A DNA stretch of 64,000 nucleotides from Spirochaetota bacterium (GTDB lineage Bacteria; Spirochaetota; Spirochaetia; ARS1246): contig JAJRYZ010000255.1 in assembly GCA_024275515.1 (NCBI GenBank), forward strand, positions 8,890 to 72,889, given 5' to 3'. The stretch's first letter is position 1. Each line of letters begins with the position of its first letter. A model generated the notes under the pieces. The model made no database searches. It worked only from the letters and a program-made list of their open reading frames with translations, and had not been told where the DNA came from. The position numbers were made by a program, and so were the translations under genes. Of this stretch, positions 9,231-19,037 are shown piece after piece.

Positions 9231-10691
9231 TTACATAGTCATTGGGTCCAGCCACGGATTGGAATCCGCACTCCAAAGAGTACCTCCGGAAATATCGCTT
9301 TCCGGCACTCCGGAGGAGTAACCTGCATTGATATAATTCGGATCGCCGTGTGGACCGTATCCAAGTTCAGAAAGACGTCGGCGGAAACGCCCCATTATGT
9401 CCACATATTCCGGCTCCAAAGCAACGTTCTGTAATTCAGCCGGATCGGCGTTCAAGTCGAAAAGCACTTCGGGAATATCTTCGCCGTAGTACTGATACTT
9501 AAGATGATCTTTCTTGATCATGACATGATCGCGATGGTGGCGGTTAATGTGAGAGACGACCTCGTTGGACCATTCTAGCGCATCCCCTCGCACAAGGGGA
9601 AGAAGCGTGCGGCTGTCCAATCCCGGCGGAGCATCCAATCCACTCAAGTCGCACAGGGTAGCATAGAGGTCGCAAAGACTCACGTTTTGTTCAACACGTT
9701 TGCCCGCGGGAATCTGTCCGGGCCAACGGATGAAAAAGGGAACGCGTACGCTTGCGTCGTAAAACCGCGTTTTTTCCCAAATGCCGTGCTGACCGAGCAT
9801 CTCGCCATGATCCGACAGATACACGATAATCCAATCATCAAGATCTTGCCCACATTGACGCAATGTGCCTAGAAGCTCGCCAAAGTGGGTGTCGATCGTT
9901 TCGACCATACCATAATAGGTAGCCGTCGCTCGGCGAATTTCATCCGGAGTTACATTGACCGGATCTTCCGCCTGGCTCTGTGAAAGAACAGGATGTTGAC
10001 AAGGTTTTTCGGTATACACAGGTACTTTTGAGTAATAGTAATCAAATTTCTTTTGATCGGTACAGAAAGGATAATGAGGTTGTTTTAAACTCACCTTCAG
10101 CATCAACGGGCGGCATCGAGAAGTCCGCTCACTAAAATAGGACTGTATAAAGTGCTGTGCAGCGTCAACAGCATGAGCGTCGAACCACTGGTGTTTACCG
10201 AACTCTACCGAAGCGCCGCGAACAATGCTCTCATTAGTTGGCCGTCCGCGCGTAAGCGGTTGATCTTGGGCCAGCCACGCCTCCTTCAATAGGCCTTCCT
10301 GGTACTTCACAAATACTTTCGCATCCGGCGCCAGTCGCTGAGTCCAACCCTGCATTTGATCGGTGCCTATGTGATGGAGTTTGCCGGAACAGACGGTATT
10401 GTAAGCATTTTGAGAAAACCGCCGCGAAAAAGTCGGATACCCCGGAGCAAGATCCATCCAGCTTCCGTCACAACCACAGGTCTTAGGCAGTTGACCCGAC
10501 ATGAGACATTGCCGGGCCGGTACGCAGATAGGAGAGGGTGTGTAAGCATTATCAAAAACCGTTCCTTCTCGGGCAAGACAATCAAGAACAGGCGTTTTGA
10601 CTATTGAATTGCCGCCGAATCCGGAAAGGTCGGCCCGATGTTCGTCACTCATGAGAATTAGAATATTAGGGTAACAGCTGTTATTAGACAT
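9231..10691 (-). CDS. Cys-type formylglycine sulfatase (S1 family, choline-sulfatase-like)
   Basis: PNILILMSDEH, SPICVPAR (CxPxR), GKLH, SDHGEMLG.HG.WEK, LFDL..DP.E..N. Confidence 0.92.
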   Translation of the reverse strand: MSNNSCYPNILILMSDEHRADLSGFGGNSIVKTPVLDCLAREGTVFDNAYTPSPICVPARQCLMSGQLPKTCGCDGSWMDLAPGYPTFSRRFSQNAYNTVCSGKLHHIGTDQMQGWTQRLAPDAKVFVKYQEGLLKEAWLAQDQPLTRGRPTNESIVRGASVEFGKHQWFDAHAVDAAQHFIQSYFSERTSRCRPLMLKVSLKQPHYPFCTDQKKFDYYYSKVPVYTEKPCQHPVLSQSQAEDPVNVTPDEIRRATATYYGMVETIDTHFGELLGTLRQCGQDLDDWIIVYLSDHGEMLGQHGIWEKTRFYDASVRVPFFIRWPGQIPAGKRVEQNVSLCDLYATLCDLSGLDAPPGLDSRTLLPLVRGDALEWSNEVVSHINRHHRDHVMIKKDHLKYQYYGEDIPEVLFDLNADPAELQNVALEPEYVDIMGRFRRRLSELGYGPHGDPNYINAGYSSGVPESDISGGTLWSADSNPWLDPMTM

Positions 10692-10701
10692 CAAGACTCC
10701 T

Positions 10702-11895
10702 CTATATGTCAAACTGCGCTATCAGGTTCCGGCCGTAGTCGGCCGCATCGTCTTTCGCCTGGTCGGTTGGAGTCCATTGGGCCTTGAATCCCTCGTCAAC
10801 CACGGTAAACCCCGAGCGATCGAGCAGTTCGCCGATGCGTTTCGTTGCCTCACCGCTCCAACCGTAGCAGCCGAACATCGCAGCCTTCTTGCCCCGGAAC
10901 CCCAGCCCACGCATTTCTTCCATGAGTCCCGCAATTGACGTGAGGATACCTTTGTTTATCGTGGGCGATCCGACGACGACGGCTTTTGATTTAAAGACTT
11001 CCGCGACGATATCGTTCTTGTCAGTCTTTGCGCTGTTGTAGAGCTTCACCGCGACCGCGGGGGCTGCGGAAGTCAGTCCTTCGGCGATGTTCTCGGCGAT
11101 GCATTTCGTTCCATTCCACATCGTGTCGTAGATAATCGTGATCTGGTTCTCGCAGTATTCGTTCGACCACTCCAGATACTTCTCCACGATCTGCCCCGGG
11201 TTGTCCCTCCAGATCACGCCGTGGCTGGGACATATGAGGTCGAGGGGTAGCTCAAGTGAAAGAAACTCCTCGATCTTTTTCCGCACCAGCCGATTGAACG
11301 GCGTCAGGATATTCGCGTAGTATTTCAGTGCTTCGGCGAACAACTCGCACTGATCGACCTTGTCGTTAAAAAGAAACTCCGTCGCGTAGTGCTGCCCGAA
11401 CGCGTCGTTGCTGAAAAGGATATTGTCTTCGGTCAGATAGCTGAACATGCTGTCGGGCCAGTGCAGCATCGGAGCCTCGATGAATACAAGCTCGCGGCTA
11501 CCGAGGTTCAGGTGGTCACCGGTTCTTACGGTGTGGTAGTTCCAGTCCTGATGGTAGTGTCCCGACAGACACCTCGCACCGTTGGAAGTACAGTAGATCG
11601 GCACATCGGGTATGCGACGCATAAGCTCAGGGAGAGCGCCGCTGTGATCGACCTCTGCGTGATTGGCGATCACATAGTCGATCTTCTTCAGATCGATCTC
11701 AGCCGCCAGATTATCGACAAACTTCTCGCCGAACGGGACCCACACGGTGTCGACGAGTGCGGTCTTCTCGTCCCGTATAAGATATGAATTATACGACGAG
11801 CCGCGATCGGTCGAGTATTCGTCGCCGTGGAACTTCCGGAGCTCCCAGTCGGTTATGCCGACCCAGTAGACTTCGTTCTTTATCAGCCTCTTCAT
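10702..11895 (-). CDS. fprA: Flavodiiron protein (FprA family NO/O2 reductase; beta-lactamase + flavodoxin domains)
   Basis: GSSYNSYLI, NHAEVDHSG, LHWPDSM, SNDAFGQH, PSHG, YDTMWNGT, GSPT, FGCYGWSGE. Confidence 0.93.
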   Translation of the reverse strand: MKRLIKNEVYWVGITDWELRKFHGDEYSTDRGSSYNSYLIRDEKTALVDTVWVPFGEKFVDNLAAEIDLKKIDYVIANHAEVDHSGALPELMRRIPDVPIYCTSNGARCLSGHYHQDWNYHTVRTGDHLNLGSRELVFIEAPMLHWPDSMFSYLTEDNILFSNDAFGQHYATEFLFNDKVDQCELFAEALKYYANILTPFNRLVRKKIEEFLSLELPLDLICPSHGVIWRDNPGQIVEKYLEWSNEYCENQITIIYDTMWNGTKCIAENIAEGLTSAAPAVAVKLYNSAKTDKNDIVAEVFKSKAVVVGSPTINKGILTSIAGLMEEMRGLGFRGKKAAMFGCYGWSGEATKRIGELLDRSGFTVVDEGFKAQWTPTDQAKDDAADYGRNLIAQFDI

Positions 11896-12431
11896 CTTCT
11901 TCTCCTTCCGTTGCTGCAAAGACACTCACTCGACCGCCTCGATGAGTTTCCGACTTTCCTGCTCGGCCGATGGTGATTTGATCAGTAGATATTCCGTTCA
12001 GCGCGAAGTCTAACATCTTCGACCGGCCGAATCAAAGAGCTCGGCTCTTCGCGCTTCCGCGCACCGTTGCGAGCAATCGAAGACGGCTCTCCGCCATGCC
12101 CGGCACAGAGCAGAGGGTTGCGGAAAGGCCATCGCCGACTCGGCGCCCGGCGCGCAGAGATGAGGCCCTAATGAGGAAAGTGTCGGAAAAACCCCGCGAT
12201 TCGCAGGAACCGAATAGCGTTGCCCTGTGGTGGCGAAAACCTTTTACGGAACAGAATTACACTCCGGGAAGGCGCGGTGCCAATCCGCAAGTTCGGCAGA
12301 TCGCCGAACGGCAGGGGCCGCCGCGTCAACTTCCGGTCCGCCTTTGCGTTTTGCCCCCTCAGAATGCAGCAATGCCACCGTTTACGGTTGCCCGGGACCG
12401 TGCGACAATTAATCAATAAGGACAAGCCTCT

Positions 12432-13781
12432 ATGCACATCGCCGAACGTCTCAAGACCCCCGTTGCGGGTGAATATGACGTCGTAGTAGCCGGCGGCGGA
12501 CCCGCGGGCGTGCCCGCCGCGGTGGCGTCGGCCAGGAACGGCGCCGAAACGTTGCTCCTCGAGACAAACGGGTGCCTGGGAGGGGTATGGACCGCCGGGA
12601 TATTGACGTGGGTTTTCGATATTGAAAAAAACGGCATCGGCAAGGAGATAATAACCGGACTGCGTGAACGAAATGCGTACGTCGAAGCAGCTTCGCGTGG
12701 CATGGTGAACTTTACCTACGATGTGGAAGCAATGAAGCTGCTGCTGGAGCGGATGTGCGCGGAGAGCGGGGTTGACCTGCTTCTTCACACGAGAGTGGTG
12801 GGCGCCGAAATGTCCGGGGACGGCAGACGCCTGCGCGCCGTTATCACCGAATCGAAGTCGGGGCGCCAAGCCTGGAGAGCCAAGGCGTTCGTGGATTGCA
12901 CGGGGGACGGCGATCTTGCGGCACGGGTCGGTTGCAGGTTTGATCTGGGATCCGCCGACACCGGAGAGATACAGCCGCTCACGTTCATGGCTACCATCGT
13001 TGTGGCGAATCACCGGGAGTTGGAGCAATACATATCCTTTTACGGCGGAGTCCCCGAACACCGCCGGCGCACCGAAGCGTTCAAGGCACATCTCGCACGT
13101 CTGGGAATCGATTCATCATACGCGGTGCCGACTCTTTTTCAGATCAGGGAGAACCTTTTGGCCATAATGGTCAACCACCAATACGGTGTAGTCTCTCACG
13201 ACGCTAAGCAGATGACCCGCGCAACCGTACAAGCCAGAGCCGAGGTCGCCGGAATAGTGGACGCCCTCGCGACTAGTGACGGTCCGTTCCGCGGGTGCTA
13301 TCTCGCTTCCACCGCGGAGCACATCGGCGTGCGGGACGGACGGCGCGTGCACGGTCGATATCGGGTTACGATCGACGACATCGCCAAAGGGGCGCGATTC
13401 GACGACGCGGTATGCCGCGTACGCTTTGGTGTCGACATTCACGCGACGAGCGCAAGGATGCGGGATTTGAAGCATCAAAACTCGGCCAGAGGAGTGAGGA
13501 TGAGGCCGTACGACATTCCGATGCGGGCTCTCATCGCGAAAGACGTTCACGGACTGCTCCTTGCGGGCCGGTGCATAAGCGGCGATTGGTTTGCGCATGC
13601 CAGCTACCGTGTTACCGGTGAGGCTGTAAGTATGGGGGAGGCAGCGGGCGTGTTGGCGTCGCTGAGCGCGGATAGAGGGCGACTCCCCCACGAAGTGCCG
13701 TGGGCCGAGGTGAAGGCGTTGATTCCGGAAGTCCGTGACTATTGGCAGGATCCACAAGCGGACGTTGATTCATCCCGCTGA
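12432..13781 (+). CDS. FAD-dependent oxidoreductase (FAD_oxidored / PF12831-like), function unknown
   Basis: YDVVVAGGGPAG Rossmann motif, DCTGDGD, GVRDGRR, YDIPMRAL..K...GLLLAGRCIS...HASYRV. Confidence 0.88.
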   Translation: MHIAERLKTPVAGEYDVVVAGGGPAGVPAAVASARNGAETLLLETNGCLGGVWTAGILTWVFDIEKNGIGKEIITGLRERNAYVEAASRGMVNFTYDVEAMKLLLERMCAESGVDLLLHTRVVGAEMSGDGRRLRAVITESKSGRQAWRAKAFVDCTGDGDLAARVGCRFDLGSADTGEIQPLTFMATIVVANHRELEQYISFYGGVPEHRRRTEAFKAHLARLGIDSSYAVPTLFQIRENLLAIMVNHQYGVVSHDAKQMTRATVQARAEVAGIVDALATSDGPFRGCYLASTAEHIGVRDGRRVHGRYRVTIDDIAKGARFDDAVCRVRFGVDIHATSARMRDLKHQNSARGVRMRPYDIPMRALIAKDVHGLLLAGRCISGDWFAHASYRVTGEAVSMGEAAGVLASLSADRGRLPHEVPWAEVKALIPEVRDYWQDPQADVDSSR

Positions 13782-13799
13782 TCGTGGAACTATGACGGC

Positions 13800-15398
13800 A
13801 TGGAGAAAGTGCTTATCGTCGACGACGAACCGGCGGCATTGAGAGGATTGCGCGCCTGCATCGACTGGGAAGGCCTCGAGCTGGAGATCTGCGCCGAGGC
13901 CCGAAACGGCGCGCGGGCGTTCGAACTAGTGGAAGAGCACAATCCGGCGGTGGTCGTGTCCGACGTGAGAATGCCGTTTGTCGACGGAATCGAGTTGGCA
14001 CGCAGCATTCAAGAACGAGCGCCCGATACGAAAGTAATTCTTATAAGCGCGTATGCAGATCTGGATCAGATAAGATCCGGATTCAAACTGGACGCCGTCG
14101 ATTACGTACTCAAGCCGATTCAGGTGCAGGAACTGGAAGCCGCCGTGTCTCGTGCTTTGCAGAAGCGCGCACGGGAAAAAAAGGCAAAGACGATTCTCAG
14201 AGAGAAATTCCTCGTCGAGCTTATCGCGGGGGTTCACTCCAAGAGTTCCTCCATACGGCAAAGAATGCGATGGCTCGACATCGATTTGCCGCTTTCCTGT
14301 CCTTATCTGGCCTGCGTCGTCCTTCCGGCTGAAGAGCTTGACGACCCGGCCGCAAAAGAGATGCTTTTGATGGCCGCCGGCGAGCTGATCCAAAGAATAA
14401 TGCGTGACTATTTTGACGGAGTAGCATTCCGATCACTGTCGGGAGAGATCGTGTGCTTGATTCCCGTGAATATGGAACGTACCGTCTTTTTTGACAGACT
14501 AGATGCATTCCTGGGCGCATCGCCGCGCGCCTTTGAAAGGGAGCGATTGGGAGATGTGTGGATCGGTGTCGGTACCGAAGCGGGCGACATCGGAGAGGTG
14601 AACGGCAGCTATGACAACGCGCGAATCGCGTTGGAACAGCGCTTCTTCGAAGACGGTACGCAGGTGTACTATTGCGACTTTTCAGAAACGGCGAAGAACG
14701 ATCATATTCAGATACATCCCGGTGATCTCGAATCGGTCAGACACGCCGTCGCGGCGGGCAACGAACAGTTTCTTCGCTCCATCGTCGAAAAGCTCATCGC
14801 CGATGCGGTCTCTTCCCGCGCCAGGGACGTCGGCTTGGTACACAGTCTTGGCTTTCGCCTTATCATCGAGGCGGCCGACACGCTGGTAAAGCTCGGTGAG
14901 CCCGGAGCGGCCGTTGCGGTTGACGCGTATGGCGCGTGGAGAACGGCGGAACGGCAGAAGTCGTTTGTGGCGTTTCAAGAGGTGCTGCTGCAATACCTCC
15001 TTGGCGCCTGCCAAGAGATCGCCGAGCGCCGAAAGACTCATAATCAGGCGTTGGTTGATCAGATTCGGGATTACGTCGAAGAGAACTATGATCAGCCTAT
15101 AGGTATTTCCCACATTGCCGACACTCTGGAATACACCGTATCTCATATCTGCAATGTTTTCAAAAAACAGACCGGTATGACGATCAATGCCTATCTTACC
15201 CAGCATCGCCTGCGGCGAGCTGTTGAACTCCTCAGAAACCACTCCCTCAGACTGTATGAAATCTGTTCAAGAGTCGGATATGGAGACTACAAGCACTTTG
15301 TGTCTCTGTTCAAGCGGCACTACGGTGTTACTCCGTCTCGATATCGAGATCGACTGGTGTATGAAGAATGCGTACATGATTCTCGCCTCGGTCGGTAG
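13800..15398 (+). CDS. YesN-like response regulator (REC, degenerate GGDEF-like linker, AraC HTH)
   Basis: KVLIVDDEP...VSDVRMP..DG...YVLKP; C-terminal VGYGDYKHFVSLFKRHYGVTPSRYR. Confidence 0.92.
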   Translation: MEKVLIVDDEPAALRGLRACIDWEGLELEICAEARNGARAFELVEEHNPAVVVSDVRMPFVDGIELARSIQERAPDTKVILISAYADLDQIRSGFKLDAVDYVLKPIQVQELEAAVSRALQKRAREKKAKTILREKFLVELIAGVHSKSSSIRQRMRWLDIDLPLSCPYLACVVLPAEELDDPAAKEMLLMAAGELIQRIMRDYFDGVAFRSLSGEIVCLIPVNMERTVFFDRLDAFLGASPRAFERERLGDVWIGVGTEAGDIGEVNGSYDNARIALEQRFFEDGTQVYYCDFSETAKNDHIQIHPGDLESVRHAVAAGNEQFLRSIVEKLIADAVSSRARDVGLVHSLGFRLIIEAADTLVKLGEPGAAVAVDAYGAWRTAERQKSFVAFQEVLLQYLLGACQEIAERRKTHNQALVDQIRDYVEENYDQPIGISHIADTLEYTVSHICNVFKKQTGMTINAYLTQHRLRRAVELLRNHSLRLYEICSRVGYGDYKHFVSLFKRHYGVTPSRYRDRLVYEECVHDSRLGR

Positions 15399-17115
15399 GC
15401 TCTACGGACGCCTGAAACTCCGCTGGAAGATTCTCTTTTCCTATATGCTTCTTCTGGTTCTTCTCGTAATAAGCCTCGGAATCGCCGCATTGTGGCAGAC
15501 ATCCAGGCTGGTAGACGACAGGTTTCTCACGGCGGTCTCAAGCGCTCTCAACCAGTTGGGGATACATCTTTCCTACCGAATGCAGATTGTGGTCAACAGT
15601 TCGGAAATCGTAGCATGGAACAACGATCTGCTTCGGATCCTGAAATACGAATCAGGGACTTATCCTCTTGCCAGGCAGATTGACGATATCCAGATTGTCA
15701 AAGACATCCTCATGACCGTCCGGTCGAACCGCGACGTATTGTCGGTCCGTTTGTACATGCCCGAAGACAGTCTCCTGAGCCGGGAGAGAAGCACCTTTTT
15801 CCCGTTATCCGAGATTGAAGGAATGTCCTGGTTTCCGTCGGTCACCGGCTCGGGCGGTCGCGTTCTTTGGCTTGGCGCGCGTGAAGAAAGGCAGGCGCGC
15901 GAATCCCCCATTACCTGTGTCCGGTGCATTCGGGATCCGACCAATGTATCGGGGTGCCTTGCCGTTCTGGTAATAGACGTCGACCCCAAGGTCGTTACGA
16001 ACGTGATGCGACGCAGCGGCTTGCTTCACGAAGCGAGCGGTTTGGTCCTTCTGGACTCGGCAGGCGAGGCGGTCGCGACAGTGGGAGAGCCGCCCGACGA
16101 TATCATATCGGAGATCAAGGAATACGATTACGCCGCCGGAATAACCGACCATAAACCATATCGAATTCTTCGTGCGCGTCTCGATTTTCCGGATTGGCAA
16201 CTCTACGCGTTCATACCCGATGAGGCGGTGAAAAAGGGAAAAGTACGACTCATCCTCACGTTCCTTGGGATTCTCGGCGTCGTGAGTACGCTTGCCACCA
16301 TCTTCACGCTCAGGCTCTCTCGTCGTATCAGCGAACGCATAACAAAGCTCGCAAAAGTTGTTTCCGACCCGCCGCAGCCGCAAAGCGCAGGTTTGAATAA
16401 GCCGGAACGGTACGACGATGAAATAACCCAATTGGAGCAGTTTCTTCTGCAGCTCGTTGCAAAGAACCGGGAGCTTGTGGGCAGGGTATTCGAAGAACAG
16501 ATGGCTGAAAAAGAGGCTAAACTGCAGGCGCTTCAAATGCAAATCAATCCGCATTTTCTCTACAACACTCTCGACACTATCAACTGGATGGCCCTTGAAA
16601 AGAGAGAGCTTGAAATCAGCGACCTCGTGAGTCTTCTGGCCCGCTACTACCGACTCAGCATCAATCGTGGCGTCGACGTAGTGACCATTGCGGAGGAAAT
16701 CGAGCACGTGAAGGTCTTTCTGCGGATCTGCGAAAAACGCTACGAGGGATCCGTGCGTGCGATATTCGATGTCGCGGATGAAATACTCCGATACAAGACG
16801 GTCAAATTGGTCCTTCAGCCTTTGGCGGAAAACGCCGTCGTACACGGAATAGCCAACACTGAATCTCAATCCGGCGCCGTTACGATAGCCGGAGTGCTAA
16901 GAGAGAGTCACATAGAGATTTCGGTGGCCGATGACGGGATCGGAATGAAAAAAGAAGATTACGAGCGCATCATCGCGAATGAGCGGGCCGGTTTTGCCGT
17001 CAAGAATGTGGATGAGCGCGTCAGGATGTTCTGCGGACCTCGCTACGGGCTGAGTTATGATTTTGGAGTACCGGTTGGTACGCGGGCGATCCTGAGACTG
17101 GCCAAGATCCGCTAG
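15361..17115 (+). CDS. YesM-like sensor histidine kinase
   Basis: Two TM segments, LQALQMQINPHFLYNTLD, LQPLAENAVVHG, DDGIGM. Start chosen at ATG 15361. Confidence 0.92.
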   Translation: MKNAYMILASVGRLYGRLKLRWKILFSYMLLLVLLVISLGIAALWQTSRLVDDRFLTAVSSALNQLGIHLSYRMQIVVNSSEIVAWNNDLLRILKYESGTYPLARQIDDIQIVKDILMTVRSNRDVLSVRLYMPEDSLLSRERSTFFPLSEIEGMSWFPSVTGSGGRVLWLGAREERQARESPITCVRCIRDPTNVSGCLAVLVIDVDPKVVTNVMRRSGLLHEASGLVLLDSAGEAVATVGEPPDDIISEIKEYDYAAGITDHKPYRILRARLDFPDWQLYAFIPDEAVKKGKVRLILTFLGILGVVSTLATIFTLRLSRRISERITKLAKVVSDPPQPQSAGLNKPERYDDEITQLEQFLLQLVAKNRELVGRVFEEQMAEKEAKLQALQMQINPHFLYNTLDTINWMALEKRELEISDLVSLLARYYRLSINRGVDVVTIAEEIEHVKVFLRICEKRYEGSVRAIFDVADEILRYKTVKLVLQPLAENAVVHGIANTESQSGAVTIAGVLRESHIEISVADDGIGMKKEDYERIIANERAGFAVKNVDERVRMFCGPRYGLSYDFGVPVGTRAILRLAKIR

Positions 17116-17198
17116 AGCCTGTTTTCCAATTATCACCCCCACATAATGCGGAATCCTCCCCATTTACTCCACCTGTTTCCCGTGCGACGGTTTCTCAC

Positions 17199-18110
17199 AT
17201 GAACACCCGCCGGATGATGGCCGATATACGCAAAGATATGGCCCTACATATCCTGCTGTTCCCGCCCGTCGTGTTCATGATCGTTTTCAGGTTTCTTCCC
17301 CTCACATGGATAGTCATGGCTTTTCAGGATTACAACATATTCCGCGGGCTCGCCGGGAGCCCCTGGGTGGGTCTGCACCATTTCAGGAAGTTGTTTTCCT
17401 CTGAAGAATTTTTGCTCGTCTTTCGAAATACGCTCATAATTAACATATACAGAATCGTTTTCTTGTTTCCTGCCCCGATCATTGTTGCTTTGCTCCTCAA
17501 TGAAATCAGAACTCTGTTGTTCAAACGGGTCGTGCAAACGATCATCTATATTCCTCATTTCCTGTCATGGGTAGTAATAGCCGCCATTTTTATTCAGATT
17601 CTTTCGGTAGACGGCGGGCTGGTCAATCAGATGCTCATGGCCCTTGGCATCCGACCCGTACCCTTTCTGATGGACAAACGGTTTTTTCGAGGCATCCTCG
17701 TTTTTACGGCCGGCTGGAAAGACGTTGGGTGGAACACGATCATATATCTCGCCGCGATAACCGGAATAGATCCGAATCTCTACGAAGCGGCCATGGTTGA
17801 AGGGGCCGGGCGGTTTCGCAAGATGTGGCATATCACTCTGCCCGGAATAGCAACAACGGTCATCGTACTTCTTCTGCTCAGAATGGGACAGATTCTCACC
17901 AGCAACGTCGATCAGGTTCTCATGCTGTACAACCCGCTGGTATATGAAGTGGGCGACGTGCTGGGCACCTATGTATACAGGATGGGTCTGGGAAAGATGG
18001 AGTATAGCTTCGGGACCGCTGTCGGACTCTTCAATTCAGTTATTGGTTTTGTCCTTTTGCTCGGGGCCAACGCGTTAACCAGGAAACTCGGCGACAGGAG
18101 CATATGGTGA
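17199..18110 (+). CDS. Carbohydrate ABC transporter permease (LplB-like)
   Basis: YIPHFLSWVVI, GWNTIIYLAAITGIDPNLYEAA.VEGA. Confidence 0.93.
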   Translation: MNTRRMMADIRKDMALHILLFPPVVFMIVFRFLPLTWIVMAFQDYNIFRGLAGSPWVGLHHFRKLFSSEEFLLVFRNTLIINIYRIVFLFPAPIIVALLLNEIRTLLFKRVVQTIIYIPHFLSWVVIAAIFIQILSVDGGLVNQMLMALGIRPVPFLMDKRFFRGILVFTAGWKDVGWNTIIYLAAITGIDPNLYEAAMVEGAGRFRKMWHITLPGIATTVIVLLLLRMGQILTSNVDQVLMLYNPLVYEVGDVLGTYVYRMGLGKMEYSFGTAVGLFNSVIGFVLLLGANALTRKLGDRSIW

Positions 18111-18988
18111 CGAGGCTGCGCCGATTGACGGCCTTCGGCGTAATTAACGCGCTTCTCTTGATCATGTTGTGCATCGTTACTCTGGCGCCGTTCCTTAACG
18201 TCCTGGCCAAATCTCTGAGTTCCGAACAAGCCATACTCATGGGTAAAGTAACGGTGCTACCCGTAGATCCAAACTTCCGATCGTACGCATATGTATTGAA
18301 ATCCAAGGACTTTTTTCGCGCTTTCGCGGTGCAAACGATCGTCACCGCATCCGGGACAGCCCTAGGAATGACGTTGACGCTGATGATGGCCTATCCTCTA
18401 TCCCGAACCCGGTTGACCGGCAAGAATGTTGTTCTGGTCATGGTCGTAATAACAATGATCTTCAACGCCGGAATCATCCCGAACTATATGCTGATACGGA
18501 GACTTGGTCTTCTCAACTCGCTGATGGCGTTGATCGTACCCCTCTGCTTCAACGGATTCAACATGTTCATTGTCCGAAGTTACATGCAAACCATACCGCT
18601 TAGTGTTATCGAATCAGCGATGATAGACGGGGCGCACCACGCTCAGGTTTTGTGCAAAATCGTCATACCTTTTTCCATTCCCGTCATTGCCACTATTAGC
18701 TTGTTCTTCGCCGTAACGTATTGGAACGACTATTTCAACGCGATGCTGTATATCACCAACTATCGCCTTAAGCCGCTCCAGCTCTATCTCAGGGAGATTA
18801 TCTACCTGGCGCTCGACCCGCAGGGCAGCGTGGGAACTCAGCAGACCAGCGAGAGCTTCATGTTCGTCTCACCCATTTCGGTCCGGGCGGCGACGATCAT
18901 TGCTTCCACGCTGCCGATCCTGCTGGTATACCCGTTTCTACAGCGTTACTACATCAAGGGAATCATGATCGGTTCAGTTAAGCAGTAA
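18104..18988 (+). CDS. Carbohydrate ABC transporter permease (LplC-like)
   Basis: TMIFNAGIIPNY, ESAMIDGA, YPFLQRYYIKG...GSVKQ. Confidence 0.93.
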   Translation: MVTRLRRLTAFGVINALLLIMLCIVTLAPFLNVLAKSLSSEQAILMGKVTVLPVDPNFRSYAYVLKSKDFFRAFAVQTIVTASGTALGMTLTLMMAYPLSRTRLTGKNVVLVMVVITMIFNAGIIPNYMLIRRLGLLNSLMALIVPLCFNGFNMFIVRSYMQTIPLSVIESAMIDGAHHAQVLCKIVIPFSIPVIATISLFFAVTYWNDYFNAMLYITNYRLKPLQLYLREIIYLALDPQGSVGTQQTSESFMFVSPISVRAATIIASTLPILLVYPFLQRYYIKGIMIGSVKQ

Positions 18989-19037
18989 TCCGGACGGCGA
19001 AAATGGGGCCGTCAGTAAAAACTATTGGAGGTTCGAA

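Noticed and set aside
12080-12330. Riboswitch-like fragments in the fprA / FAD-oxidoreductase intergenic region (GAAAGG..TCGCCGA; GGGAA..GCGGTGCCAATCCGC)
   Set aside because: Only isolated sub-motifs of lysine, cobalamin or SAM riboswitches are present; the other conserved elements (AGAGG.GC/AGTA, CCC..ACTGT, B12 box) are missing. An Infernal/Rfam scan would settle it.
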